From Candidatus Parcubacteria bacterium (GTDB taxonomy: Bacteria > Patescibacteriota > Minisyncoccia > Phycocordibacterales > UBA918): DNA of 64,000 nt. The notes under the pieces are model-generated. The model saw only the letters and a program-made list of their open reading frames with translations. It searched no databases and was not told the origin of the DNA. The stretch spans positions 44,676-108,675 of the forward strand of contig JAKFXN010000003.1 of the NCBI GenBank assembly GCA_021731405.1, read 5' to 3'. This document shows positions 47,777 through 57,384 of the stretch, in pieces. The first letter of the stretch is position 1; each line of letters begins with the position of its first letter. A program made the translations under genes and the position numbers.

Positions 47777-48127
47777 ATGGAAAAAACACAGTACAAATCA
47801 ACTAAACGAGTTGCTCGACACAATCGTATTCGAGCAAAAGTTTCAGGTACCGCTACGCGACCTCGTCTTGCTATCTTTCGTAGTAACCGCTTCGTGTATG
47901 CGCAGCTTATTGACGATGTGGCAGGGAAGACTCTTGCAGCGGTAGATACAAGGTCTCAAAAGGGAGGAACACTTAGTGAACGTTCAGCTGCAGTCGGGAC
48001 AGAAATGGCCAAGAAGGCAGTTGCCGCTGGGGTTACAGAAGTAGTCTTTGACCGCGGTGGATTCCGTTACCAGGGTACTATCGCAGCTTTGGCTGACGGT
48101 GCCCGAAGTGGTGGACTTAAGTTCTAA
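47777..48127 (+). CDS. rplR: 50S ribosomal protein L18
   Basis: RHNRIRAKVSGTATRPRLAIFRSNRFVYAQLIDD. Confidence 0.95.
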   Translation: MEKTQYKSTKRVARHNRIRAKVSGTATRPRLAIFRSNRFVYAQLIDDVAGKTLAAVDTRSQKGGTLSERSAAVGTEMAKKAVAAGVTEVVFDRGGFRYQGTIAALADGARSGGLKF

Positions 48128-48192
48128 GGAAAGTTTATTTAAAAGCAGTTAGAAGGTAGTGAAGCATTCGCTACCTTCATAAGAAAATAATA

Positions 48193-48849
48193 ATGTCAGA
48201 AACAAAACAGCAGGAAGCTACAACTGGCGTAACGCCAGAGCCAGAAGTGTCGACAGCGACACCTTCTACCGATGCACCCGCTGTGTCTGAATCAGGAGCA
48301 GCTGCGGGAGCAGCAGGAGCAACTGACGGACGCGGTCGCGGAACACGAAGTCAGGGGGGGAATGATCGGCGAAATCAACGACGTCCACGTCGTGGTGGTC
48401 GTCCAGAACGAGTTCGACCTGAATTCGACCAGAAGATTATCTCTATCCGTCGCGTAACTCGTGTTATGGCCGGAGGCCGTCGTTTCAGTTTCTCAGTTGC
48501 CATGGTGATTGGAGATAGACGTGGAAAGGTAGGTGTTGGTATTGGAAAGGCTGGTGATACACAACTTGCGATTGAAAAGGCCGTCCGTGATGCAAAGAAG
48601 CACATGATCACTGTTTCAATGAACAAGGAAGGTCACTTGCCACACGATGTTCACACCAAGTACGCTTCAAGTGAAGTAATGATGATGCCAGCACCAGGTC
48701 GTGGACTTGTGGCCGGTTCATCTGTACGTACCGTACTTGAACACGCTGGAGTAAAAGACGTTACTGCAAAGATTTTCTCTCGCAGTAAGAACAAACTTAA
48801 TAATGCCCGCGCTGCCGTCGAAGCGCTTAAACTTCTAAAGAAAAACTAG
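48193..48849 (+). CDS. rpsE: 30S ribosomal protein S5 with ~75-aa low-complexity N-terminal extension
   Basis: IISIRRVTRVMAGGRRFSFSVAMVIGDRRGKVGVGIGKA. Confidence 0.9.
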   Translation: MSETKQQEATTGVTPEPEVSTATPSTDAPAVSESGAAAGAAGATDGRGRGTRSQGGNDRRNQRRPRRGGRPERVRPEFDQKIISIRRVTRVMAGGRRFSFSVAMVIGDRRGKVGVGIGKAGDTQLAIEKAVRDAKKHMITVSMNKEGHLPHDVHTKYASSEVMMMPAPGRGLVAGSSVRTVLEHAGVKDVTAKIFSRSKNKLNNARAAVEALKLLKKN

Positions 48850-48850
48850 T

Positions 48851-49303
48851 ATGCAGCTACATGAACTAAAACCAACTGCTGTCAAAAAGACAGCAAAGCG
48901 CATCGGTCGCGGTGGTAAGCGTGGTAAGACATCTGGTCGTGGAGGAAAGGGTCAGACAGCTCGAACGGGTAACAGTACTCGTCCAGAAATGCGAGACTTC
49001 ATCAAGAAGCTTCCAAAGCTTCGTGGTCACGGTGTAAACCGTTCACGAACTGTAAACGGCGAACGTGTGCTTGCAGTAGCAGTTAACCTCAACAAAATTG
49101 AGGTAGCGTACACTGCTGGTGAAACTGTGTCTCCAAAGACATTGGTACTTAAGGGTGTTATCAGCTCAGTTGCAAAACGAGCACCATTGGTAAAAATCCT
49201 CGCTACTGGCGAAATTACTAAGAAACTGACTATTGAGGGATGCCAGGTTTCAAAGTCTGCTCAAGCTAAAATTGAGCAAGCTGGCGGAACGGTCTCAAAA
49301 TAG
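48851..49303 (+). CDS. rplO: 50S ribosomal protein L15 (no rpmD between rpsE and rplO)
   Basis: MQLHELKPTAVKKTAKRIGRGGKRGKTSGRGGKGQ. Confidence 0.95.
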   Translation: MQLHELKPTAVKKTAKRIGRGGKRGKTSGRGGKGQTARTGNSTRPEMRDFIKKLPKLRGHGVNRSRTVNGERVLAVAVNLNKIEVAYTAGETVSPKTLVLKGVISSVAKRAPLVKILATGEITKKLTIEGCQVSKSAQAKIEQAGGTVSK

Positions 49304-49309
49304 GTAGTA

Positions 49310-50593
49310 TTGAGTCACTATATGCAAAAATTCTTTCACAAGCTGACTCTTATCTTCACTGAACCGGCGATTCGAAACCGTATCCTCTTTGTACTCGGGG
49401 CTCTCGTTATTTTCCGATTGCTCGCTACAATTCCGATTCCGGGAGTAGATCAGACCGTTCTTCAACAATTCTTTAGTAACAACCAATTCCTCGGACTACT
49501 CAACATTTTCTCAGGGGGTGGACTCGCTAATCTTTCGATTGTGATGCTTGGTGTAGGGCCGTTCATTACGGCTTCTATCATCATGCAGCTCATGACCGTG
49601 ATGTCGAGTAGACTAAAGACGATGTATACCGAAGACGGTGAAGCGGGAAGAGCTAAATTTACTCAGTACGGACGAATGCTCACACTTCCACTCGCGATTC
49701 TACAAGGGTTTGGTTTCCTTACCTTACTGCAGAGTCAGGGTGTTATCACGGGGCTTTCAACCTTTGAGTTTATTGTAAACGTTGTACTGATTGTAGCTGG
49801 ATCAATCCTACTGATGTGGATTGGAGAGCTCGTAACAGAATACGGTATTGGTAATGGTGTTTCTATCCTTATCTTCGCCGGAATCGTGGCCACTCTTCCA
49901 GCAACCCTCAGTCAGCTCCTCTTTACGTTTGACGCCTCACAACTTCCGTTGTATATCGGATTTGCGTTTGTAGCACTCGCTATCATTTACGCAGTTATCA
50001 TTATGACTGAAGCAGAGCGTCCAGTGCCGATTACGTATGCAAAGCAAAGTCGGGGGACAACTACCTATGGTGGAAGTTCTTCATACTTGCCACTCCGCCT
50101 TAATCAGGCTGGTGTGATTCCAATCATCTTTGCTCTCTCTATTCTTTTGCTGCCACAGATGGTCCTCAATATCCTTACGGCCTTTGATTTACCATGGGTA
50201 GCAGGAGCAAATGAGACGGTAACAGCTCTCTTGAGTAACCAGGTTCTCTACGGAGCCGTGTACTTCACGCTCGTATTCCTCTTTACCTTCTTCTATACCG
50301 CGGTAACATTTGACCCAGATGCAATTGCAAAGAACTTGCAGCGAAATGGAGCGTTTATTCCAGGTATTAGACCAGGAGCACACACTTCAGAGTATCTTGG
50401 TAGTCTCATCACCCGTTTGACGCTTGTGGGTGCGGGTTTCCTTGGACTCATTGCGGTCTTACCGATTGGTATGCAAATAGCAACCGGTATTGCCGCTCTG
50501 GCAATCGGAGGAACAGCGGTACTAATTGTGGTGTCAGTGGTGCTTGATTTGATACGACGTATCGACGCACAGCTTTCACTCCGCGAGTACTAA
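49310..50593 (+). CDS. secY: preprotein translocase SecY
   Basis: 427 aa, 10 TM, position after rplO. Confidence 0.95.
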   Translation: MSHYMQKFFHKLTLIFTEPAIRNRILFVLGALVIFRLLATIPIPGVDQTVLQQFFSNNQFLGLLNIFSGGGLANLSIVMLGVGPFITASIIMQLMTVMSSRLKTMYTEDGEAGRAKFTQYGRMLTLPLAILQGFGFLTLLQSQGVITGLSTFEFIVNVVLIVAGSILLMWIGELVTEYGIGNGVSILIFAGIVATLPATLSQLLFTFDASQLPLYIGFAFVALAIIYAVIIMTEAERPVPITYAKQSRGTTTYGGSSSYLPLRLNQAGVIPIIFALSILLLPQMVLNILTAFDLPWVAGANETVTALLSNQVLYGAVYFTLVFLFTFFYTAVTFDPDAIAKNLQRNGAFIPGIRPGAHTSEYLGSLITRLTLVGAGFLGLIAVLPIGMQIATGIAALAIGGTAVLIVVSVVLDLIRRIDAQLSLREY

Positions 50594-50718
50594 AATTTTA
50601 GTAAAATCATTGCATCTGCTTCGTTAAGCTTCGGTAAAATATTCCTCATCGTACGTCTTGTACGACTCAAAATATTTTCCTTGCTTGGCCTCGCATCTAC
50701 AATAATTTTTCAAAAATT

Positions 50719-50759
50719 AAACAAAAAGCGCGGTCCCTAGGGACCGCGCTTTTTGTTTG
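50719..50759. terminator. bidirectional terminator after secY
   Basis: aaacaaaaagcgcggtccc-ta-gggaccgcgctttttgtttg. Confidence 0.85.
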
Positions 50760-50893
50760 CCTGACTTAAATTTTGAAAACCACTACGGGCAAGCAGATAC
50801 GCGAAGCTTAAGAAAAAAGACCCGAGACGTACTAATCGTACGACGAGGGTCTTTTTTCGTAAGGCGACAAAGTAGCTGCTGTTCGTAGTGGTT

Positions 50894-51538
50894 TTAATAT
50901 TGGTTCTTGAAAGAAAAGCCCAAAGGTACCGAACTCGTCTCGCGCTTCCAGGTTGTGGTCTTAAGCCAACGGCGGTAGGTATCAAAGATAGTAAGCGCTA
51001 CAGTTTGAGGGCTGTGACGAGAGGTGTCGATAACAAGGTCAAAGTGTTCTGAGTTGTATGGATCAACACCGTAAAGGTTCTTAAAACGGCCCTGTTCTGT
51101 CTCCATGCGACTTTGCACCTGCTTAGCTACCAAATCAAGTGAATCAGCTAATTCTCCGCCTTTGGTGCGCATGTTGTTGCTCATGGCGTCTTTAAAGATA
51201 CGAACAGTCGCTACCTGCATATTAAGGTCCAAGTACACCTTAAAAGATTCAGGTATCCAATAAAAGCCGAGGCGAGAGTCAATAACAATGTCATTTTTGG
51301 TGCGAAGATTACGCAAAAAGGTGTCTATCTTCTCATCAAGGGCGTGGTCGTCCACAGCCTGTTTGTTGTATTCAGCTAGGGTGAGGTGTTCGCGCGCGAG
51401 CATATTTCGAACCATGTCTCCAGAAGAGTAGCGGGTGTAGTTTAAGAGCTCCGCTACCTTATCTGCGGTCGAAGATTTACCACTACCTGGTTTGCCAGAA
51501 ATAGTAATAATGTGCTTTTTTTCCATACCCTGTAGCAT
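50894..51538 (-). CDS. cytidylate kinase-like (d)NMP kinase
   Basis: ITISGKPGSGKSS P-loop, ~210 aa NMP-kinase fold; antisense to flanking operon. Confidence 0.55.
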   Translation of the reverse strand: MLQGMEKKHIITISGKPGSGKSSTADKVAELLNYTRYSSGDMVRNMLAREHLTLAEYNKQAVDDHALDEKIDTFLRNLRTKNDIVIDSRLGFYWIPESFKVYLDLNMQVATVRIFKDAMSNNMRTKGGELADSLDLVAKQVQSRMETEQGRFKNLYGVDPYNSEHFDLVIDTSRHSPQTVALTIFDTYRRWLKTTTWKRETSSVPLGFSFKNQY

Positions 51539-51586
51539 AGCATATTGGTTGCGCGCGCTAGTAAAAACTGTTACCCTCGTATCGAT

Positions 51587-52156
51587 ATGGACTATAAGAC
51601 AAAATTTCAGAGTATCGTACTGATGGGCAAGATAGCGTCAGGTAAAGGTACACAAGCAAACGCAATTTTGAGCCACTTTGGTGGTGTGATGTATTCAAAC
51701 GGAAATAAGGTGCGCGAGACAGCCCAGATGCCGTCAGTGTTTGGAAAGAAGATGAAAGAGATGTATGAAGGCGGATATCTTATTCCAGAATGGATTGCCT
51801 CGTACTGGATGACGCACGCCCTTGTGAGTCAGTTTGAGCAAGAGCGAGTGGTGTTTGAGGCGGTGGCCAAAAAACCAAATGAAGCGGAGTTATTTCACGA
51901 AATACACGAATGGATTGGCCGACCGTACGTAGTCTTTAATCTAGAGATTAGCGATGAAGAAGTCCGTTCTCGCAGCGCTGCTCGAGCTCGGGATGTCGTG
52001 GATGCTCCAAAGTCAGTTGAGAAGCGCTTAGAGGAATACCATACGTACACGGAGCGTTCAGTTGAATTTTTCCGCAAGCAAGGTACGCTCATAGATATCG
52101 ACGGCAGTGCCAGTCCTGAAGTAGTACAAGAAAAAATCTTTACGTACCTTATTTAA
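51587..52156 (+). CDS. divergent adenylate kinase-family paralogue
   Basis: IVLMGKIASGKGTQANAI (degenerate P-loop), NMP-binding and short LID regions. Confidence 0.5.
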   Translation: MDYKTKFQSIVLMGKIASGKGTQANAILSHFGGVMYSNGNKVRETAQMPSVFGKKMKEMYEGGYLIPEWIASYWMTHALVSQFEQERVVFEAVAKKPNEAELFHEIHEWIGRPYVVFNLEISDEEVRSRSAARARDVVDAPKSVEKRLEEYHTYTERSVEFFRKQGTLIDIDGSASPEVVQEKIFTYLI

Positions 52157-52174
52157 TTTTTTACAGTAGGCGTT

Positions 52175-52774
52175 ATGCAAAATCCGTACACAGTTATATT
52201 TATCGGTCCACAGGGAAGTGGAAAAGGAACTCAGATTGAGAAGCTTAAAACCGTGCTTGAGGCGAGTGATGAACGTAGACGAGTGGTAGACATCCAGACC
52301 GGACGTCGCTTCCGTTCGCTCGCTGCCAAGCAAGAAACCTTTGCGGAAGATAAGGTGGCAGAGACCCTTAATGTCGGTTCTTTGCAGCCAGACTTTTTAT
52401 CTGCGGTGTTGTGGGGTCAGGCGATGGTTGACCAGCTTGATCCGAAGAGTCATCTTCTTATCGACGGTTTCCCGCGCACGGTAGCTCAGATTCCGGATCT
52501 GGAAGACGCCTTTCATTTTTTTGAGCGTGGACAGGTTGAGGTAATGAACCTCGTGACCCCAGAAGAGGTGGTGCGTGCACGTATGCAAGGCCGTGCTCGA
52601 GCTGACGATACGGTAGAGTCTATTGAAGAGCGTTTGCGTTGGTATCGTGAAGATACGCTCCCTGTGGTTGAGTATTATCGTACTCGCGCTAACACGATTG
52701 TGCACAATATCGATGGAACTGATACGATTGATGGAGTACACGAACAAATCCTTAAAGCTCTTAAACTACATTAA
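52175..52774 (+). CDS. adk: adenylate kinase (short-LID type)
   Basis: IFIGPQGSGKGTQ, LIDGFPRT, 199 aa, position before map. Confidence 0.9.
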   Translation: MQNPYTVIFIGPQGSGKGTQIEKLKTVLEASDERRRVVDIQTGRRFRSLAAKQETFAEDKVAETLNVGSLQPDFLSAVLWGQAMVDQLDPKSHLLIDGFPRTVAQIPDLEDAFHFFERGQVEVMNLVTPEEVVRARMQGRARADDTVESIEERLRWYREDTLPVVEYYRTRANTIVHNIDGTDTIDGVHEQILKALKLH

Positions 52775-52776
52775 TT

Positions 52777-53547
52777 ATGATTACCAAAAAAACACCAGAA
52801 GAAATTGAAATCCTTAAAGAAGGGGGTGCTATTTTGGCTAAGATCTTAAAAGAGTTGGCTAAGGAAGCGGTTCCTGGTAATACCACACTAGATATCGACG
52901 ACCGAGCCATGGAGCTCGTTGAAGATTTTGGTGTTGAACCAGCGCTTCTCGGCTATCACCCTAGTTTTGCTGAGTATCCTTTTCCAGCGTCTGTCTGTGT
53001 GTCAGTCAACGACTGTGTGCAGCATGGTATTCCTGATGACACTATTACTCTCAAAGAAGGAGATGTGGTCAATATAGACATGGTCATTGGCTATAAAGGG
53101 TTTGTGGTCGATTCTGGCATCACTGTTGGCGTTGGACAGATTTCGGATGAAGCGAAGAAGCTACTGGCGGTCACACAAGAAGCACTCGCTCATGGTATTA
53201 AGGCAGCAAAGCCAGGCAATCATATTGGCGACATAAGTGCCGCTATCCAAACATTTGTAGAAGGCCGTGGACTCTCAGTCGTTGAGGTCTTGTGCGGGCA
53301 CGGTGTCGGATACCAAGTACACGAAGAGCCAACTATTCCCAACTTTGGTAGAGCGGGCACAGGACCGCTGATTGAGGTCGGACATGTGTATGCCATTGAG
53401 CCAATTGTAAATCTCGGCAAAAAAGACGTCTATTTTGACGATGAAGGGGACGGATATAGTGTTTATACCAAAGACAAGTCTTGGTCAGCTCATTTTGAGC
53501 ATACTGTAGCGATTACACCCCAAGGAGCAGTAATACTCACTAAATAG
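52777..53547 (+). CDS. map: methionine aminopeptidase type I
   Basis: 256 aa, pita-bread fold motifs (VCHGIPDD-like CVQHGIPDD, metal ligands D/H/E). Confidence 0.9.
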   Translation: MITKKTPEEIEILKEGGAILAKILKELAKEAVPGNTTLDIDDRAMELVEDFGVEPALLGYHPSFAEYPFPASVCVSVNDCVQHGIPDDTITLKEGDVVNIDMVIGYKGFVVDSGITVGVGQISDEAKKLLAVTQEALAHGIKAAKPGNHIGDISAAIQTFVEGRGLSVVEVLCGHGVGYQVHEEPTIPNFGRAGTGPLIEVGHVYAIEPIVNLGKKDVYFDDEGDGYSVYTKDKSWSAHFEHTVAITPQGAVILTK

Positions 53548-53607
53548 ATAAAAGCCTTGAATAAAGCGCTTCTAAACGCTATACTGCGGCATACGTAATA
53601 ATTCCAT

Positions 53608-54213
53608 ATGAAAAAATACCCACACCAAGAACGAACTTTTGTTATTCTAAAGCCTGATACCGTACAGCGCAGTCTTATTGGCGAAGTCATTAAGCGCTTT
53701 GAGAAGACTGGTCTTAAATGCACAGCGATGAAGATGTTTGTGCCAGATGAGGAACGACTAATTCAGCACTACAACAAGAGTGATGAATGGTTCCTTAAGA
53801 AGGGAACAAACGTCGTCAACGACTTGATGGCCCAAGGCCTGCCAATTGATAAAGAGCCAATGGAATACGGGAAAGACATTATCCGCACCATTGTAAAATA
53901 CATGACAGCTGCTCCAGTTATTGCTATGGTTTGGGAAGGTAATCAGGCAGTAAATGTAGTTACTAAGATTGTTGGTACTACTGAGCCAGCTACGTCAGAT
54001 GTAGGTACACTCCGCGGCGATTACACTATCGATTCATATGGACACGCTTCGTTTGAAAATCGGGCCGTTCGAAACCTCGTACACTGCTCTGATGCAGTCT
54101 CAGAAGCTGAACGAGAAATTGCTATCTGGTTTAAAGAAGACGATGTTATGAAGTACAGTACTGCTCAAGAACGAATCATGTACGACGTAAATCTCGACGG
54201 TTCAGCTGAATAA
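53608..54213 (+). CDS. ndk: nucleoside diphosphate kinase (long form, ~200 aa)
   Basis: ERTFVILKPDTVQRSLIGEVIKRFEKTGLKCTAMK, catalytic His region NLVHCSD. Confidence 0.85.
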   Translation: MKKYPHQERTFVILKPDTVQRSLIGEVIKRFEKTGLKCTAMKMFVPDEERLIQHYNKSDEWFLKKGTNVVNDLMAQGLPIDKEPMEYGKDIIRTIVKYMTAAPVIAMVWEGNQAVNVVTKIVGTTEPATSDVGTLRGDYTIDSYGHASFENRAVRNLVHCSDAVSEAEREIAIWFKEDDVMKYSTAQERIMYDVNLDGSAE

Positions 54214-54221
54214 TAAAAATA

Positions 54222-54257
54222 ACAAAAAAGCCAGTCATAGGACTGGCTTTTTTGTTA
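54222..54257 (+). terminator. terminator after ndk
   Basis: aaaaaagccagtc-atag-gactggcttttttgtt. Confidence 0.85.
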
Positions 54258-54545
54258 TCACTCGTCAACTTATTTTTTCCATGTATACTTACAGATGGAA
54301 CCACATTTACGTATGTTCCCTTTAAACTATTGTTCAGGGCTGCCGGAATTCGTAGAAGAATATGAGAACCCTTTGGGATTTCAGACCTCGACTAGATATG
54401 GTGCCCACCTGGTCTTTTTCCAGGAACATACGTTGGTGGTTCCCTTTGAAACGGCGTCTTCTTTAGAAGGCGCTTTTTCATATCTTTTAATTTTTGGAAA
54501 TTTTTTTGTTGTGTAATGGAATGTTTGTGATTAAACTAAATACAA

Positions 54546-55133
54546 ATGAGTAATAGAATTAAATTAATATACGACAAACTATATAAAGATAACCCGACCA
54601 TTTTTGGGGAGGGGAGCTTAGTGTTTTTAAAAAGTGTTTTAGAGAAGAATATAATGAAGCAGGGTCGAGCGCTCGATATTGGGGCTGGTGAGGGTCGGAC
54701 AAGTGCTTATTTAGCTAGCGTCGGTTTTGTTGTTGATGCGGTTGATTTATCAGACGAAGCATTTAAGTCTGTTGAGTCAGATAAAAACATTTTTCTTCAC
54801 CATATCTCAATAACTGATTTTGAAATCAAGTACACATACAGCTTAGTTAATATAGCTTTGGTGATTCATCATATACCAAAAGAGAGCATGTTTTCAGTTA
54901 TAAAAAACCTGCAGCAAAATACTGAGAAAGAAGGTATTCATTTGTATAGACTATTTACTACTAACAGCACATTTTATAAGCAGTCTGAAGGTAGAGGATA
55001 CTACGATGATTTTAAGAATCTGAATGAATTATATGATGGTTGGGAGATTGTTTTTGATGAAGCATTTATTGGAAAAGCGTCGACTCAAGATGTACAAAAC
55101 GAAGTGAGACAAGTGGCTTTTAGGAAGAAGTAG
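54546..55133 (+). CDS. class I SAM-dependent methyltransferase (TehB-like)
   Basis: ALDIGAGEGRTSAYLA motif I; very AT-rich gene. Confidence 0.65.
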   Translation: MSNRIKLIYDKLYKDNPTIFGEGSLVFLKSVLEKNIMKQGRALDIGAGEGRTSAYLASVGFVVDAVDLSDEAFKSVESDKNIFLHHISITDFEIKYTYSLVNIALVIHHIPKESMFSVIKNLQQNTEKEGIHLYRLFTTNSTFYKQSEGRGYYDDFKNLNELYDGWEIVFDEAFIGKASTQDVQNEVRQVAFRKK

Positions 55134-55182
55134 TCGTGGAGTAGAGCATTTTGACTCTCTCAGCTAAGGTACAATAAAGTAC

Positions 55183-56544
55183 ATGAAAACAACCTTAGGC
55201 TTTTACGGCGGAGTCGGATCAGTTACTGGTGCTAACTTTATGCTTGATACCGGGAAGGTGGCTATATTAGTCGACTGCGGTCTTATTCAGGGAGATAAGT
55301 TTGCTGCGACATTAAACTCAGTTCCGTTTGTCTATAACCCAGCTGAAGTTGATGTGCTCCTAGTGACCCATGCCCATGCCGATCATATCGGCCGAATCCC
55401 TAAGCTCGTGAAGGATGGTTTTAAAGGTCCCATCTACAGCACCACCGCTACCAAAGAACTTTCGCAGACCATGCTCCACGATGCACTTAAGGTGATGGAG
55501 TACGAAGCGCAGCGCTATGGTTATGAACCTCTCTATCAAGTAGAAGATATCGCCACCGCGATGGCCAACTGGAAGACAGTTGAATACGAAGAACGGTTTA
55601 GTCCTGGAGATGATATCGAAGCGTGGTACACGGACGCTGGGCATATTCTTGGCTCGGGCATGATTCATCTCACTCGTAACGGAAAGAAGGTAGTCTTTAC
55701 CGGTGATATCGGGAATGTGCCGCAACCACTCTTAAGCGCACCAGTGATACCAAAAGACTATGACTACATGGTGATGGAGAGTGTATATGGGGACCGACTG
55801 CACGAGCAGGTAGCCGAACGCACGGCACTTCTGCGTTCTTATATTGAAGAGACGCAACAGAAGAACGGTACACTTATTATCCCTGCTTTTTCTCTCGAGC
55901 GCACCCAAGCATTACTATTTGAAATTAATAATCTCATTGAAAGAGGGGAGATAAAGCCATTGCCAGTATTTCTAGATTCTCCGCTCGCAATTACTGTTAC
56001 CAATGTGTATCGAAGCTTTACCCGTTACTTACGTCCTGATGTACAAGCGCAGATAGAAGGGGGAGATGATATTTTTGATTTTAGTGGTCTTAAGTTTACG
56101 AGTACTACCTCTGAGTCGCAGGCTATCAAAGCGCAGAAAGGGGCAAAGATTATCATTGCTGGCTCAGGTATGAGTCACGGTGGTCGCATTAGACGACACG
56201 AAAAAGAATACCTTGATGACAAATCAACAATATTACTCTTGGTTGGTTATCAGTCAGTCGGCAGTATTGGCCGGGTTCTCCAGGATGGCGCCAAGACCGT
56301 CATGATTGATGGTGATAAGGTAAAGGTGCGGGCGAAGATTGCCATGATTCGTGGCTTCTCAGGACATGCTGATAGAGACCAACTTATCAATTTGGTAGCG
56401 GGCGGTGCAGACAAAGCCAAAGGCATCTTTGTGGTAATGGGGGAGGAACGTTCTTCGCTCTTCTTGACCCAGCGCCTCCGAGACTATCTGAACCTCAATG
56501 CCATTGCTCCCGAACCAAACCAAGAAGTGGAAATTGATTTTTAG
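55183..56544 (+). CDS. beta-CASP/MBL-fold RNA-metabolising metallo-hydrolase (RNase J / CPSF-like)
   Basis: LVTHAHADHIG (HxHxDH), beta-CASP layout, C-terminal RNA-specificity region. Confidence 0.75.
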   Translation: MKTTLGFYGGVGSVTGANFMLDTGKVAILVDCGLIQGDKFAATLNSVPFVYNPAEVDVLLVTHAHADHIGRIPKLVKDGFKGPIYSTTATKELSQTMLHDALKVMEYEAQRYGYEPLYQVEDIATAMANWKTVEYEERFSPGDDIEAWYTDAGHILGSGMIHLTRNGKKVVFTGDIGNVPQPLLSAPVIPKDYDYMVMESVYGDRLHEQVAERTALLRSYIEETQQKNGTLIIPAFSLERTQALLFEINNLIERGEIKPLPVFLDSPLAITVTNVYRSFTRYLRPDVQAQIEGGDDIFDFSGLKFTSTTSESQAIKAQKGAKIIIAGSGMSHGGRIRRHEKEYLDDKSTILLLVGYQSVGSIGRVLQDGAKTVMIDGDKVKVRAKIAMIRGFSGHADRDQLINLVAGGADKAKGIFVVMGEERSSLFLTQRLRDYLNLNAIAPEPNQEVEIDF

Positions 56545-56580
56545 CTTTTTGTTGAAAGGTATCAAAAACAATAAGCGGTC

Positions 56581-56608
56581 TTTTATGTATCATTAATGAT
56601 ACATAAAA
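56581..56608. promoter_or_regulatory. perfect 28-bp palindrome TTTTATGTATCATT|AATGATACATAAAA
   Basis: Exact inverted repeat seen in sequence between RNase-J-like gene and rplT terminator. Confidence 0.6.
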
Positions 56609-56689
56609 GATACGGGTTAGAGTCTATGTAGAGATATGTCCATTCTGCTTTGCAATATGATTTGTTTCTATGACCATAATAATACAAAT

Positions 56690-56723
56690 AAAAAAACCGC
56701 ACCCCTAGGGGTGCGGTTTTTTT
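56690..56723. terminator. bidirectional terminator (end of infC-rpmI-rplT operon)
   Basis: aaaaaaaccgcaccccta-ggggtgcggttttttt. Confidence 0.85.
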
Positions 56724-56737
56724 AAAAGTATTACGTA

Positions 56738-57082
56738 TTACTTTGTGCTTTCTACCAATCGAGCAAACGCTTCTGGTCGGTCTTTTGCTAGTGTAGCGAG
56801 AACCTTTCGGTCGAGCTCAATGTTCTTAGTCTTAAGAGTATTGATGAATCGACTGTACTTGAGTCCAAAGCCCATGAGAGCGGCGTTGATTCGAACGGTC
56901 CAGAGACGACGGAAGTCGTTCTTCTTGTCCTTTCGGTGAGCGAAAGCGTAGAGTTGTGCGTGATAAATCGCTTCTCGAGCTACTCGCTTCTTCTTTGATC
57001 GTTGGAGTCGGTATCCTTTAACCTCGTCGAGGATGTTACGACGACGCTTTTGCGCCATCAATCCTCCTTTTACACGTGCCAT
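56738..57082 (-). CDS. rplT: 50S ribosomal protein L20
   Basis: MARVKGGLMAQKRRRNILDEVKGYRL... Confidence 0.95.
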   Translation of the reverse strand: MARVKGGLMAQKRRRNILDEVKGYRLQRSKKKRVAREAIYHAQLYAFAHRKDKKNDFRRLWTVRINAALMGFGLKYSRFINTLKTKNIELDRKVLATLAKDRPEAFARLVESTK

Positions 57083-57115
57083 ATGTTATTGATTATTGAA
57101 ATTACTGATAATGGA

Positions 57116-57307
57116 CTAAGCACCGGTCTTTGGAAGAAAGCGGCGGGTAATACGCTTGCTGAGGGTAAGAAGCTGAGTTCGCTTGCGGCGAAGTCGCTGT
57201 TGTCCAGTCTGGCGAGCATTGAAGTGGTTCTGTCCAGCCTTGCGAGCAACCAGCTTGCCATTCTTTGTTACCTTGATGCGCTTTGAAAATGATTTATTTG
57301 TCTTCAT
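57116..57307 (-). CDS. rpmI: 50S ribosomal protein L35
   Basis: MKTNKSFSKRIKVTKNGKLVARKAGQNHFNARQ; ORF track start 57343 extends upstream of the conserved Met. Confidence 0.85.
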   Translation of the reverse strand: MKTNKSFSKRIKVTKNGKLVARKAGQNHFNARQTGQQRLRRKRTQLLTLSKRITRRFLPKTGA

Positions 57308-57384
57308 AATTAATGTTACTAGGCTCCCGCCGAAGTGCCGCAACTATAGCGTATACGGGCGTCTCTGTCAAAATTTTCGAGGGC

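Noticed and set aside
54295-54516. 73-aa ORF between ndk and the methyltransferase
   Set aside because: No SD, hydrophobic low-complexity tail, sits inside a region better explained as structured non-coding DNA
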